This document shows positions 34,527 through 45,037 of a stretch of 64,000 nucleotides of DNA, piece after piece (position 1 is the stretch's first letter; every line of letters begins with the position of its first letter). The stretch spans positions 1,561-65,560 of the forward strand of contig JAPOQK010000005.1 in the NCBI GenBank assembly GCA_026710795.1, given 5' to 3'. A program made the translations under genes and the position numbers. The stretch comes from Candidatus Poribacteria bacterium. GTDB taxonomy: Bacteria > Poribacteria > WGA-4E > WGA-3G. Below the pieces are notes generated by a model. The model was not told the DNA's origin. It made no database searches and was given only the letters and a program-made list of their open reading frames with translations.

Positions 34527-34921
34527 GAAATCTCCTTCGTTCAGAATCTGATTCGTCCCAAAATACACAACCACCCGAAAACGCCGCATGCTATTTAAAA
34601 CTTACGTTTAGATGGTGAGGTATTCAGATTCTCTCAATTAAGAAAGTTTACTGACTGATTGTTTTTGTCTTTAAAATATAGTATCAAAATAAATGTTAAA
34701 AGTCAAGATAAAAGTTGGGAATGGGTGAGTAAAGTTATTGTACTCTTGATCAAATTTCCTTATCTGAACCAAGAATCGCGAATCAATACCAAATACGTTG
34801 TTGGATATTTATGGAATTAAGAATGCCAAGATTGCTTCCATCTTAGTAATTTTCTCAGTATATTCCCATAGGTAGATAGGGATGTGTCTGCGAAATCCAT
34901 AACAGTCAATTGAAGGTCTTC

Positions 34922-35040
34922 GTAGGTCGGAGTGAGCACAGCGAAGTCCGACATCTTACATTCTGTAGGATCGACCCGGTGAATGTCTAAATGGCATTCA
35001 TACCGTTGATTTCTTGATTTGGCAAATCTTGGTTCAGACA
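34922..35040. repeat. Mosaic repeat: REP + GAATG-hairpin unit + GGTTCAGACA repeat
   Basis: Segments match 20912, 30014-30061 and 60572-60630. Confidence 0.75.
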
Positions 35041-35098
35041 ATAAACAAATACCATTATTCACAGATGTTAAATAACCGTAGCCAAGAGCGCAAATGAC

Positions 35099-35127
35099 TT
35101 GACAAAATCCTGATTTTACTTTAGAAT
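35099..35127 (+). promoter_or_regulatory. Sigma70 promoter
   Basis: TTGACA-N17-TAGAAT 25 nt upstream of the epimerase gene. Confidence 0.65.
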
Positions 35128-35152
35128 TCAAGAAAAAATTGGACTGGAGACA

Positions 35153-35965
35153 ATGATGAAACTCGCGATATGCAACGAAATGTTTGAAGATTGGAAAATA
35201 GATGATGTGTTCACCTATGCCGCAGAACTCGGTTACGAAGCGGTTGAAATAGCACCATTTACATTGGCAGATTCTGTTTTAGACATCAGTGAAACCGAAA
35301 GAACACGAATCCGAAAGGCTGCTAAAGACGCAAAGATAGAAATCGCAGGATTACACTGGCTGCTGGTTTCACCACCGGGACTTTATGTCAACCATCCAGA
35401 GGAAGAAATTCGAAACGAAACACGGGATTATCTACTTGCCCTTATTGAACTTTGTGCGGATTTAGATGGAAAGATATTAGTTTTCGGTTCACCCCAACAA
35501 CGGAATGTCATGGAACCGCTAACCTTTGAACAAGCCTGGAACTATACACAAGACACATTCACAGAAGGGGCAGAGCTTGCTGGCAAAAGAGGGGTCGTAT
35601 TGTGCATGGAACCATTGTCAAGCGATCAAACAAACTTTATATCACACCCCGATAAAGCCGTTGAAATGGTTGAAGCAGTGAACCATCCTAACTTTCAGAT
35701 GATTTTGGATGTTTGCAGTACTGCTAAAGAAGGATTGGATATGCCGACACAGATTCGCAACTGTGCCAAACACGTTGCACACTTCCACTCCAATGACGAC
35801 AACGGATACCTACCCGGTTCCGGGAATGTAGACTACCCACCAATCATTGAAGCATTGAAAGAAATTGATTATAAGGGTTATGTCTCAACAGAGGTATTCG
35901 ATTTCAAACCAGATCCAAAAACAATTGCTAAACAGAGTATTGAATTTTTGAATTCCCTAATATGA
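35153..35965 (+). CDS. Sugar phosphate isomerase/epimerase (xylose isomerase-like TIM barrel, ketose 3-epimerase-like)
   Basis: GYEAVEI, MEPL, ILD, HFHSND, PGSGNVDY, STEVF metal ligands. Confidence 0.88.
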   Translation: MMKLAICNEMFEDWKIDDVFTYAAELGYEAVEIAPFTLADSVLDISETERTRIRKAAKDAKIEIAGLHWLLVSPPGLYVNHPEEEIRNETRDYLLALIELCADLDGKILVFGSPQQRNVMEPLTFEQAWNYTQDTFTEGAELAGKRGVVLCMEPLSSDQTNFISHPDKAVEMVEAVNHPNFQMILDVCSTAKEGLDMPTQIRNCAKHVAHFHSNDDNGYLPGSGNVDYPPIIEALKEIDYKGYVSTEVFDFKPDPKTIAKQSIEFLNSLI

Positions 35966-37554
35966 AAACACAACTCAACGAAATCTATAACGCATATAAC
36001 TCACTTAGATCAGGAATGGGACGTTGGCTCAAACAGAGCATGTTGCTTGATCCTCCCGGTCCGAATAAAGGTGGCGAAGATGAGGCAAACTACGCACTCG
36101 CGTGGTTTCCACACTATTTAATTACTGGTGATGAAACCGTTCTGAAACACTTTGACAAGCTCAAGTCAGAACTTGTCGGTTGGGTAGAACGAGATTGTGT
36201 GCACGGTTACGAACCGAAGGCTGAAGCACACCACGGCACAGAACCTTTTCTGCTATTCCTGCCTCGCTATATCGGATTAAAACCTGATGATACCGAAGCG
36301 AATTCACTCCTATCAGATGCCGCTGAACACATTGGAAATTGGGTACAAGAAATACCACCTTGGTACGATTATACAAAAGATACCTTTATCGGATACAACA
36401 TCGGAACGGAATTTGTGGAAAACACAGAAAAAGATGCCTATGAACTTGCGGAACACTTCCGTTTTATCCACATAGCACTTGCCGCGTATCGGTTCACTGG
36501 AGAAAAACGATATATGGAGTGGGCATTGCGGTATGGACGTAAACGTGCTGAGCGTATCATCGCTGCATCAGATCCGATGCCATTACTCTGGGATTTGAAT
36601 GGAAATGGGTTAAGCGAAGAAGATGTAAATGAAAAGAACCTTCACCGATTGGTGGCAAGTTCACACCACATTCCGGGTGATCCTTTGGCTGGTATTGAAA
36701 ACCTATTGGCTTCTGGTGCTATCTATGCCTTAGGAGATCTATACCTCTTGTCTGAGGATGAAATCTTCCAATCCGCAGCAAAACGCATCGTTGAACCTCT
36801 CGTCACATCACTTGATGATCCATATAACGATCCAGCATCGGCTGCCTTGAGCTATTATCGATGGACATTTAATGATTCCTATTTTGATAATACAATCACT
36901 GAAGGTTTAGAAAACTTACCTCCTACTCCCCCAAAATTACTGGCACTTGTTTTCCCGCAAAAAAACCGTCGCAGAGAACCCGGCGTTGGAAAACGTGCGG
37001 ATATGGCATATTGGGGAGAATGGTCAGATGATGGTTCCGTAAAACCAATTCGGGAACCTTCAACAGCAACATTAACACTTGCATATCAGGTAACAGGTGA
37101 TGTTGCCTACGCACTACGTGCCTTGCAAAATGCCGCTACCCGTCTGGATATGGCACGACGAGTACTACGTGGTGGACGGGAACACGCGGATATGGGGGGT
37201 GCGGTGTGCTCGGTTGCGGCAGGACACGGACGCAATTGGGGACAAGGTGCAGTAACCGCATGTTACGGTCCGCTGCTTCTCGGGACCCGTGAAGTACTAG
37301 GAAAAGTTGTTCCGCTTGTCACCATCAAAAAAGCCGATGGTAAAAATCAGATCCCATCAAACCTTCTCTCTCTGGTACGACCTCTAATTGAAAAAGATAA
37401 AAATGTTGAAGTGATTTTCTATAATAGCGGCGATTCACCCATCACTTTTTCGTGGCAGTTTCACAAACACGTTGATGTATTGCAATCTGATAAAGAGACT
37501 TCATGGAAAGAGGAAACACTTGAGGTAAGCGAAATACAAAAACGGATTTTGTAA
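35962..37554 (+). CDS. Hypothetical protein, possibly an (alpha/alpha) toroid enzyme
   Basis: 530-aa ORF with ATGA overlap; repeated AYxxTGExxY helix-turn patterns. Confidence 0.6.
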   Translation: MKTQLNEIYNAYNSLRSGMGRWLKQSMLLDPPGPNKGGEDEANYALAWFPHYLITGDETVLKHFDKLKSELVGWVERDCVHGYEPKAEAHHGTEPFLLFLPRYIGLKPDDTEANSLLSDAAEHIGNWVQEIPPWYDYTKDTFIGYNIGTEFVENTEKDAYELAEHFRFIHIALAAYRFTGEKRYMEWALRYGRKRAERIIAASDPMPLLWDLNGNGLSEEDVNEKNLHRLVASSHHIPGDPLAGIENLLASGAIYALGDLYLLSEDEIFQSAAKRIVEPLVTSLDDPYNDPASAALSYYRWTFNDSYFDNTITEGLENLPPTPPKLLALVFPQKNRRREPGVGKRADMAYWGEWSDDGSVKPIREPSTATLTLAYQVTGDVAYALRALQNAATRLDMARRVLRGGREHADMGGAVCSVAAGHGRNWGQGAVTACYGPLLLGTREVLGKVVPLVTIKKADGKNQIPSNLLSLVRPLIEKDKNVEVIFYNSGDSPITFSWQFHKHVDVLQSDKETSWKEETLEVSEIQKRIL

Positions 37555-37586
37555 GTAGCATGTAGAACAGTAAAACCCACATTTTA

Positions 37587-37655
37587 TACCATTTCTAATA
37601 AATAAAGTGCCATTTGCTGAGGACTACTTGTAGGAGCGACCTCCTGGTCGAGACC
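37587..37655. repeat. Partial inverted copy of the right end of the 29945 MITE-like element
   Basis: Reverse complement of 30101-30169 with 2 mismatches by eye. Confidence 0.8.
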
Positions 37656-37666
37656 TTACTTGAATA

Positions 37667-38482
37667 TTACACACTAAAATTCTGCGCAATAAGTACCAAA
37701 TCCAGAATATTTACTTTCCCATCGTCATTAACATCCGCTTCCTCACTCTCTTCACCGAATCGAGAGGCTACGAATACAAGATCTAAGATATTGATGACAC
37801 CATCCCCTGTCACATCATAGGTTGATACGTCAGAGAGTAGATTAGAACTGACCAATTTAAAAACGAGGTTTTGGCTATTCTCAAATTTAACGGGACCGAA
37901 ATCAGGAGCAAGCCATTGGTAGGATGTTGAGCGCGATATTGTCGCAGCTTGGCTTCTTGTACGTATCTTGACTTTTATGCAATCTTCAAATGTACCAGCT
38001 GGAGTCACAACATCTTCCACCGCTATAACTTCGCTAACACTGGTGAATGTGACAGGACCGACAAAGTCAACATCGGTTTCAGTCGTGTATTCCCACGGTT
38101 CGTTGAGTTGCGGTGACAATGGATAAAAGAGAATAGGTGGATAGAACAAGCCTGTAGCTACACCGAACACTGAGCCGAGTTCTACTACATATTTATATAA
38201 TTTGATCCCTTCTTCGTCAAAATCCACAAAATACTTTTCTGTTAGGATAGAATCTGTTCCTACGGTTTCAGACGAGATTTTAAGTAATGACAGTTCAATA
38301 CCGTTAATTGATTCCTCAGATGCATCAATTGAGTAAGTGATTCGTTCAGTTTTATCGTCGGTTTCTAACACCCATACATTACCGAGATTTGTCGGATAAT
38401 AAATCTGCGATGCTACCTTACCAACACAACATACCGTAAGAACTACTGCAAATAAAACTATACATAATTTGTTTCTATACAT
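37667..38482 (-). CDS. Secreted protein: shared beta-rich domain plus C-terminal dockerin-like repeats
   Basis: YYP..GNVWV, VTPAGTFEDC, YQWLAPDFGPVKFE; DVTGDGVINILDL and DVNDDGKVNILDL. Confidence 0.8.
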   Translation of the reverse strand: MYRNKLCIVLFAVVLTVCCVGKVASQIYYPTNLGNVWVLETDDKTERITYSIDASEESINGIELSLLKISSETVGTDSILTEKYFVDFDEEGIKLYKYVVELGSVFGVATGLFYPPILFYPLSPQLNEPWEYTTETDVDFVGPVTFTSVSEVIAVEDVVTPAGTFEDCIKVKIRTRSQAATISRSTSYQWLAPDFGPVKFENSQNLVFKLVSSNLLSDVSTYDVTGDGVINILDLVFVASRFGEESEEADVNDDGKVNILDLVLIAQNFSV

Positions 38483-38641
38483 TCAATTCTCCTTATCTGA
38501 AAATGTATAAGCTTCTCTCATGAACACCGATTATTTTGAATAAAAATGGAAACGCCTTGATTCAGCAATTTCAAGCAATCCGGTATGGTGTCAGATTGCT
38601 TATTGTATCAAGGCGTTTATCCAACGATCATTGCAGCAATA

Positions 38642-40366
38642 CTATTTAAGAATAACCATTCTACGGGTAGCAGAAATATACTCTGTTTGGAGTGAATAGA
38701 AATAAATACCACTCGAAACATGTTCACCTGCTTCATTCTTACCGTCCCAATATGCTGCTGTGGAACTTGTCATGTATGAACCAATTGACTTGTGACCAAG
38801 ATTAAGCGTCCGAAGTGAATGTCCAGAGATATCAAAGATCTGAATCGTTACGTTTGTGTCACGACTCAGTTGATAAGGTATCCAAGTCTCAGGATTGAAA
38901 GGATTCGGGAAGTTCTGTGCCAGAATTGTTTCTCTCGGTCGCACATCACCAACGCGCATCTGGACACTTAGAAATGCATTGTTAATGTCTGTAGAAGTAA
39001 CAGTGCGTTGAAACGGCCCAGACACAATAGTTCCATTTTCATCAATGAGCGCAACCTCAATCTTATCATCAACATTAATAACGCTCTTACGATTTAGATT
39101 TGCCCACACAGTTGAGACATATCCGTTGTCATTGATGACTTTCTGTGTAGAAACAACACCACTACGAAGGTTTTTAGCAACTAAGGTGTAAGTTGTACCC
39201 TCTTCTTCAGCTTGTAAATCGCTTGTGATGACAAATGCCCACGCGCTCTTATTCGTCGATATCTTAGGTGCTGCTGCCGCATCGTCGGAAGGTTTTTGCC
39301 ACGCTGTACCAGTAAAGGTTGCTTTTCCACCATCGGGAGTATTGACAATATAACCACTCATACCATCTATATCAAATCCATCGCCTTCTTCAGCGGTGGA
39401 GTAACCGACAAAACTCTGTTTATCCGCATCTAACTTGATAACAACCGTAGAACCCAACATCATTGCAAGTGATTTTGCGGTGTAAGGTTCTGCTGGCATT
39501 AGAGGAATAGAGATTAGGTTTAAACCCGAAACAAGGGTCATATTAAATTTGGGTTCAGACACTTCTGGAGTTTCAGGCACAACAGGTTCTTCTGGGGTCT
39601 CAGGTTCTTCTGGAGTTTCAGGCACAACAGGTTCTTCTGGGGTCTCAGGTTCTTCTGGAGTTTCAGGCACAACAGGTTCTTCTGGAGTTTCAGGTTCCGT
39701 TATTGATTCATCAACTAAGTCATAACTTTGTAGTTCATACACAATCCCTTGATCATCTTCGTATTTGACAGGACCGAGATCAGGTCCTAACCACTGGTAT
39801 GAAGTTGATCGGAGTACTGCGACTGCAGTGACGACTCTTCTATCAATTCGAAGTTTGACACAGTTCTCAAATGTTCCTAACGGGGTTTCTACGGGTTCAA
39901 TAGCATCAACTGTTATTGTGCTTGTAGTGTTTGCTGTACCAACAAGGTTCAGTTCTGTTGTCGTCATGACATCCCACGTCCGTCCAAGTGGCAGGTCTGC
40001 TGGGAAGAAAAGAGCAGGTGGATCAAGCATTGCTGCAGCGATACCAAATGCGCCTTCTTCTAAACTTGTCCGGTGAAGTTTCAAATCCCCCGCATCATCA
40101 GATATATAATAAACATCGTCATCAACTGTTTCTGTGCCGAGGGTCTCAGTGAATATTCGCAGAATAATAATACCTTCTTCTTCATCGGTATCAGGTTCTT
40201 CAATAGTATATGTGCGGCGTTCAGCACCATCGGCACTTAGGAAAACCCATGTATTGCCGATAGCAGTCGGATAATAATCTTGTGCTGCTGCTGTAAGTGC
40301 TAAACAGCATATAAGGCTAAACACCAAAACCGGTTTCAGCCAAGATATAGATCTTGTTTTCTTCAT
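38642..40366 (-). CDS. Secreted protein: same N-domain, Pro/Glu linker, FlgD-Ig/sorting-like C-terminal domain
   Basis: YYPTAIGNTWV, ETPLGTFENC, PETPEE repeats, QNFPNPFNPETWIPYQL...WDGKNEAGEHVSSGIYFY...RRMVILK. Confidence 0.85.
   Translation of the reverse strand: MKKTRSISWLKPVLVFSLICCLALTAAAQDYYPTAIGNTWVFLSADGAERRTYTIEEPDTDEEEGIIILRIFTETLGTETVDDDVYYISDDAGDLKLHRTSLEEGAFGIAAAMLDPPALFFPADLPLGRTWDVMTTTELNLVGTANTTSTITVDAIEPVETPLGTFENCVKLRIDRRVVTAVAVLRSTSYQWLGPDLGPVKYEDDQGIVYELQSYDLVDESITEPETPEEPVVPETPEEPETPEEPVVPETPEEPETPEEPVVPETPEVSEPKFNMTLVSGLNLISIPLMPAEPYTAKSLAMMLGSTVVIKLDADKQSFVGYSTAEEGDGFDIDGMSGYIVNTPDGGKATFTGTAWQKPSDDAAAAPKISTNKSAWAFVITSDLQAEEEGTTYTLVAKNLRSGVVSTQKVINDNGYVSTVWANLNRKSVINVDDKIEVALIDENGTIVSGPFQRTVTSTDINNAFLSVQMRVGDVRPRETILAQNFPNPFNPETWIPYQLSRDTNVTIQIFDISGHSLRTLNLGHKSIGSYMTSSTAAYWDGKNEAGEHVSSGIYFYSLQTEYISATRRMVILK
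39563..39697 (-). repeat. Three tandem 45-bp coding repeats (EPETPEEPVVPETPE)
   Basis: TTCTGGAGTTTCAGGCACAACAGGTTCTTCTGGGGTCTCAGGTTC x3, third copy slightly varied. Confidence 0.9.
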
Positions 40367-40421
40367 AAATTGTCTCCTTTTACATATAATAATGCGCGAT
40401 GTTGATAAGTTCTGAACAACA

Positions 40422-40610
40422 TCAAAACAGGGTTATCACTGGATATGTGTTCGTGTCCATAAAAAGGTATTTTATATAAGGCTGTTGATTTCGTGCTTGG
40501 TAATGGATATCATCCTGTTCGGATATATAACGGAATCCCAACCACATCCCGATTGCCATAAGTAGAATAGCAATGACTATAACAACTAATACCACTTTCC
40601 AAGGCACCAT
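40422..40610 (-). CDS. Small single-TM hypothetical protein
   Basis: 62 aa with strong hydrophobic helix, co-oriented with neighbours. Confidence 0.5.
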   Translation of the reverse strand: MVPWKVVLVVIVIAILLMAIGMWLGFRYISEQDDIHYQARNQQPYIKYLFMDTNTYPVITLF

Positions 40611-40922
40611 ATCAGCTTTTCCACACGATTCGCGATAGTAGTAATATACTATCAGTTTAATATTAACATTTCAAGATTAAATGCAAGGTTGTTTAGAATA
40701 CCTTCGCTATAATAGACGAATTCAAACAATGTAACCCACATTTATGAACAATATAAAATTGTCCAGCCGGGCGAAATGTATATAGAACGTGAAATCCACC
40801 AGACACATAACCCCAGCGGGGTGACAGGTATATCATCAAACTCCTGTTAATACCAAGATGATTCAATTAACTCACACCTACAAAAAATATCCAAACTATA
40901 GTTTTACTACATAAGAATATCC

Positions 40923-41936
40923 TTAATTAATAGTCACATCAATAGTAACAGTTGTTCGTCCTTTATTATTTTCAGCGAAAAGTGTTATTCTTCCTCTGAT
41001 CGGGGCATTGGTAAAACGTCCAGCAACCCATAGATCCTGTTTACTTTGGAAGTTCGTTGCGAAACCCGTTCCATCACCTGGTGGTACAATATTTCCTGTC
41101 ACGGAGAGTATTCCTAAATTCCCAACTTCCGTCACATAGTCTTCTACATTCTCAAGTACCCTGGCACTGAGTGTATCTCCCAGACGCGAACCGGAAACTT
41201 GAAAATTTAGTGATGGGAGTTGCCACATGGGAGGATTCTGTGCATTTAAAGGTGGCGGTCCGACCAATTTTAAACTAACCATCTCAAAAACCTGACCATC
41301 ATCAGCCTCATATTTGATAGGACCGACATCAGGTGCTAACCATTGATAGGAAGTTGTTGGATCAAAGTTTATTGTCCCTCCTGCAGCAACAACTGTTAAT
41401 ATCAACTTTATTTTGGCACAGTTCTGAAATGTTCCGGCAGGAGTAACAATGTCTTCAAATCCAACTATTTCAAAATTGGTTGTGCTTTTTAAATCTATTT
41501 CCAATATAGGGCTTTTTAGGTTTGCATCTACGATCACATCCCACTTATCACCTAATACTAATTCTTTAGGAAAGAAAATTGCGGGAGTTGTGAAAATCGC
41601 TGTAGCATTACCAAATGGAGCTTGTTCTAAGACGGTTTTATGAAGTTTAATTCCTTCCTCGTCAGATGTCAAAAAGTATTTGTCCGTGTCAACAACCTTA
41701 TTAGTGTTGGGATTCACAGTTTCAATTTTTAGGAGGGTATATTCGCTATCGGCAACGTCTTCAGGTTTCTCAAGCTTATAAACACGGTTTTGCTTCCCGT
41801 CGGTTCTTTCCAGCACCCACTCATTACCGATATCTGCGGGATAATAATTCTGTGCTGCTGCAGTGTAAGAAAAATTACATATAATAGCTAATACTAAAAG
41901 CAATTTCAAAATATTCCAAAACGGGGTTGTTTTCAT
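40923..41936 (-). CDS. Secreted protein: same N-domain with a third type of C-terminal domain
   Basis: YYPADIGNEWV, VTPAGTFQNC, YQWLAPDVGPIKYE; GAGGA RBS. Confidence 0.82.
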   Translation of the reverse strand: MKTTPFWNILKLLLVLAIICNFSYTAAAQNYYPADIGNEWVLERTDGKQNRVYKLEKPEDVADSEYTLLKIETVNPNTNKVVDTDKYFLTSDEEGIKLHKTVLEQAPFGNATAIFTTPAIFFPKELVLGDKWDVIVDANLKSPILEIDLKSTTNFEIVGFEDIVTPAGTFQNCAKIKLILTVVAAGGTINFDPTTSYQWLAPDVGPIKYEADDGQVFEMVSLKLVGPPPLNAQNPPMWQLPSLNFQVSGSRLGDTLSARVLENVEDYVTEVGNLGILSVTGNIVPPGDGTGFATNFQSKQDLWVAGRFTNAPIRGRITLFAENNKGRTTVTIDVTIN

Positions 41937-42088
41937 AGTTTAATTCCTCATATCTCTTCCATTGTGAGTGTCTTGACTTTTACAAGAATTCGTGTGATAA
42001 TGTCTACATGTTACTACAAAATACAGAACGTTTTCAAGAAGAAAAGAGTGCAGAAGAACATAGAATCAAACTGCACTCACTATAGAAA

Positions 42089-42191
42089 TACCATTTCTGA
42101 TAATACAGTTCTCTTTTGTAGCACAAACTGTTAGTATGTGCCGTATTACCCACATACTACAATAACCGGGAACATAATATCAGAAATGGTA
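42089..42191. mobile_element. Short MITE-like element with variant of the same TIR
   Basis: TACCATTTCTGATA ... TATCAGAAATGGTA enclosing a GTAG REP. Confidence 0.6.
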
Positions 42192-42213
42192 TAACCAACA
42201 AAGGAGAACATTG

Positions 42214-42945
42214 ATGCGGTTGGAAGGGCGCGTTGCAATTGTAACGGGAGGTGGCGGCGGAATTGGAAAGGCGACATGCTTAGCGTTTGCTCAAGAAGGT
42301 GCAGATATTGTCATCCCAGAAATAAATATGAAGAATGTGGTGTCGGTCTCACAAGAAGTAACTGCTCTCGGAAGACGATGCAATGTAATTGAAACGGATG
42401 TCGCAGATGGCGAATCCGTGTGTGCAATGGTCAACATGACACTTGAAGAATTTGGAAGAATTGATATTTTAGTCAACAACGCAGGCATTTTCAGTTACAC
42501 CCGTATAGATGCATGCACCGAAGCGGAGTGGGATAGGATGATGGCAGTCAACCTCAAAGGTCCATTTCTCTGTTCACAAGCAGTCATGGATACGATGAAA
42601 ACTCAAAAGTTCGGACGGATCATCAATCTCGGTTCGTTAGCGGGACAGGTAGGTGGTATAGTTGCATCTGCACCTTATTCTGCATCGAAAGCAGGTGTCA
42701 TGTGTCTCACGAAATCGTTCGCAAGAGTTTTAGGTGAGTATGGAATTACAGTCAACTCAATTGCACCCGGGATCGCGGCAACCGAGATGGCAAAAAATCA
42801 TCCTGATATGACTGACCAAATACCCCTTGGACGCGTCGCCGACCCTTCCGAAGTAGCAAATGTAATCCTTTTCCTCGCTACGGAAGAGGGGCAGTACATT
42901 ACAGGGGCAACACTTGATGTCAATGGCGGTATTCGGATGGCATAA
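42214..42945 (+). CDS. SDR family oxidoreductase (FabG-like)
   Basis: TGGGGGIG, NNAG, YSASK; AAGGAG RBS. Confidence 0.93.
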   Translation: MRLEGRVAIVTGGGGGIGKATCLAFAQEGADIVIPEINMKNVVSVSQEVTALGRRCNVIETDVADGESVCAMVNMTLEEFGRIDILVNNAGIFSYTRIDACTEAEWDRMMAVNLKGPFLCSQAVMDTMKTQKFGRIINLGSLAGQVGGIVASAPYSASKAGVMCLTKSFARVLGEYGITVNSIAPGIAATEMAKNHPDMTDQIPLGRVADPSEVANVILFLATEEGQYITGATLDVNGGIRMA

Positions 42946-42960
42946 CAAATTGGGAAGGAA

Positions 42961-43974
42961 ATGGATATGGAATATAGGACACTTGGACGTGCAGGAGTGA
43001 AGGTATCCTCTCTCTGCCTTGGAACGATGATGTTTGGCGGACCAACAAATGAAAAGGACTCCATCCGAATCATCCACCGTGCCATGGATGCGGGTATTAA
43101 CTTTCTTGATACGGCTAACGTCTATAACGGCGGTGAATCAGAGCGGGTCATCGGTAAAGCAGTGAGTGAAAACCGAGAGAAGTGGGTTATTGCCACAAAA
43201 GTTCACGGCACAATGGGAGATGATGTCAATGAAAGTGGTTCTCACCGATTTCATATCATGTCAGCAGTAGAAGCGAGTCTCAAACGGTTGGGTACCGAAC
43301 ATATTGATGTCTATTACCTGCACCGTTGGGATGCTTCCACCCGAATTGCGGAATCTTTACGGGCACTGGACGATTGCGTTCGGCAGGGGAAGGTTCGCTA
43401 CATCGCTTGTTCCAACTTTGAGGCATGGCGTGTTTGTGAGGCATTCTGGACAAGTGAAAAGTTGGGGTTAGAGGAATTTGTCTGTGTTCAACCGCTCTAT
43501 AATATAGTAAATCGCGATGCTGAGGTAGAGCTGCTCCCGTTTTGTGAAAAGTATGGAGTGGGAGTTGTGCCTTATAGTCCGTTAGCACGGGGTGTGTTGT
43601 CAGGAAAATATATGCGTGGGGAACAACCTCCGAAGGGTTCACGAGCAGAACGTCAGGATAGACGAATTTTGCAGACTGAACTTCGGGATGAGAGTTTTGA
43701 CGTAGCACAGAAGTTGAAACCTTTAGCAGATGCACACGGTAAAACATTGACGCAATTTGCATTGGCATGGGTGTTAGCAAATCCGACCATTACGTCTGTC
43801 ATCATTGGTCCTCGGACAATGGAGCAGTTAGAGGATAACTTCGGGTGTTTAGATTGCGTCCTAACAGAAGATGATGAAAAGGCAGTTAATGCGTTAGTAC
43901 CACCTGGAGAACATACAGGTAAAGGGTATAATGACCCCGCGTATCCTGTGCTTGGGAGAAACCTGAGAGATTAA
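42961..43974 (+). CDS. Aldo/keto reductase
   Basis: LCLGTMMFG, DTANVY, IATK, YYLH, PYSPLARG. Confidence 0.94.
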   Translation: MDMEYRTLGRAGVKVSSLCLGTMMFGGPTNEKDSIRIIHRAMDAGINFLDTANVYNGGESERVIGKAVSENREKWVIATKVHGTMGDDVNESGSHRFHIMSAVEASLKRLGTEHIDVYYLHRWDASTRIAESLRALDDCVRQGKVRYIACSNFEAWRVCEAFWTSEKLGLEEFVCVQPLYNIVNRDAEVELLPFCEKYGVGVVPYSPLARGVLSGKYMRGEQPPKGSRAERQDRRILQTELRDESFDVAQKLKPLADAHGKTLTQFALAWVLANPTITSVIIGPRTMEQLEDNFGCLDCVLTEDDEKAVNALVPPGEHTGKGYNDPAYPVLGRNLRD

Positions 43975-43996
43975 GTTATAATATATGTTTTAACCT

Positions 43997-44083
43997 TAGG
44001 TCGGAGTGAGCCTATCAAGCTCCGATATGTATGATTTCAGCGAGTTTCCAATGTCGGACTACGCTACGCTCACTCCGACCTAC
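43997..44083. repeat. REP doublet between convergent genes
   Basis: TAGGTCGGAGTGAGC ... GCTCACTCCGACCTAC; same family as 20912 and 34922. Confidence 0.75.
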
Positions 44084-44121
44084 GTATATAATGTCAAATT
44101 ATTTTCAAAAATCACCACAGT

Positions 44122-44937
44122 TCAACCCCACAACTCAAGTCCTAACAACTTCTTACCGAGCTCAGTCAACTCTGCAGTTTCACCAGTCTCATGTTCCTTT
44201 TCTGCACGCTCTCCACCAAAACCTGCCATCCGTTCTTTCCATGCATTGATACGACGGTCTCGCGCTTCCTGATTTGCTTCACCAGTAGGTGTCATCGTGA
44301 TGTATTGCGCAACGCGTGGGGCATCTGCTGTATTGATACCAGCACTGTGAGGTAAAGCACTATGCCAAATTATCAAGTCCCCCGCATTTGCAGGAACAGG
44401 AATCATACCTAACGCTTCTAAATTCTGTTGACGTGGATCCTCATTCTCAGGAAGACTCTTTATCCACTCCTCAATTTTGTTGTGGAATCCTGGAACACAC
44501 ACAAACGCACCTTGGTTTGCAGCGGTATCAGTTAGATAGAGGACACCTTGCACATGGAAACGGATTGGAAGGTCTATGGACATGTCCCAATGGAGTCCAA
44601 CACTTGACCTTTCATATTTACCGGGAAGATTGGGAGGACTCATGCTGGCGCGATCAAAACTTACCCATAATTTCTCCGTTTCCCATATCTCTGCGAAAGC
44701 CTGATGCACACGAGGGTATTGACGTGTTCCCCACAATGCCGGGTGTTGATAGATTTCAACCATAATACCGCGTGGTGGATCTGTGTACCAACTCTCTGGT
44801 GAATCGGCATCCATCTCAAGGAAATCCCAAACCGCCTTTTCTGCGTCCTGGATTAACTCAGTCGGTGCAGCATTAGGAATAATGACATATCCGTTTTCTT
44901 CCCAAAATGCTAAATCTTCTTTGCTTAATACTGGCAT
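44122..44937 (-). CDS. PhyH family dioxygenase
   Basis: FWEENGYV, LHWD, QGVLYLTDT..QGAF.CVPGFH, AGDLIIWHSALPH. Confidence 0.88.
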   Translation of the reverse strand: MPVLSKEDLAFWEENGYVIIPNAAPTELIQDAEKAVWDFLEMDADSPESWYTDPPRGIMVEIYQHPALWGTRQYPRVHQAFAEIWETEKLWVSFDRASMSPPNLPGKYERSSVGLHWDMSIDLPIRFHVQGVLYLTDTAANQGAFVCVPGFHNKIEEWIKSLPENEDPRQQNLEALGMIPVPANAGDLIIWHSALPHSAGINTADAPRVAQYITMTPTGEANQEARDRRINAWKERMAGFGGERAEKEHETGETAELTELGKKLLGLELWG

Positions 44938-45037
44938 CTGGTTTTTGTTCCTTTCAATGCTTAAGTTATTCCATATCTAATAATTATGTTTCATTACGAA
45001 CTTCAACCATTGGTATGAGTTCCAAGATATAACGTCC

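Noticed and set aside
34817-35131. 104-aa ORF, and the 44006-44272 ORF sharing MSD.A.LTPTY
   Set aside because: The similarity comes from translated REP sequence; these are not genes
38642-38940. Evidence for a type IX secretion system
   Set aside because: The tail resembles FlgD-Ig/T9SS-like CTDs, but no T9SS machinery is visible in the window
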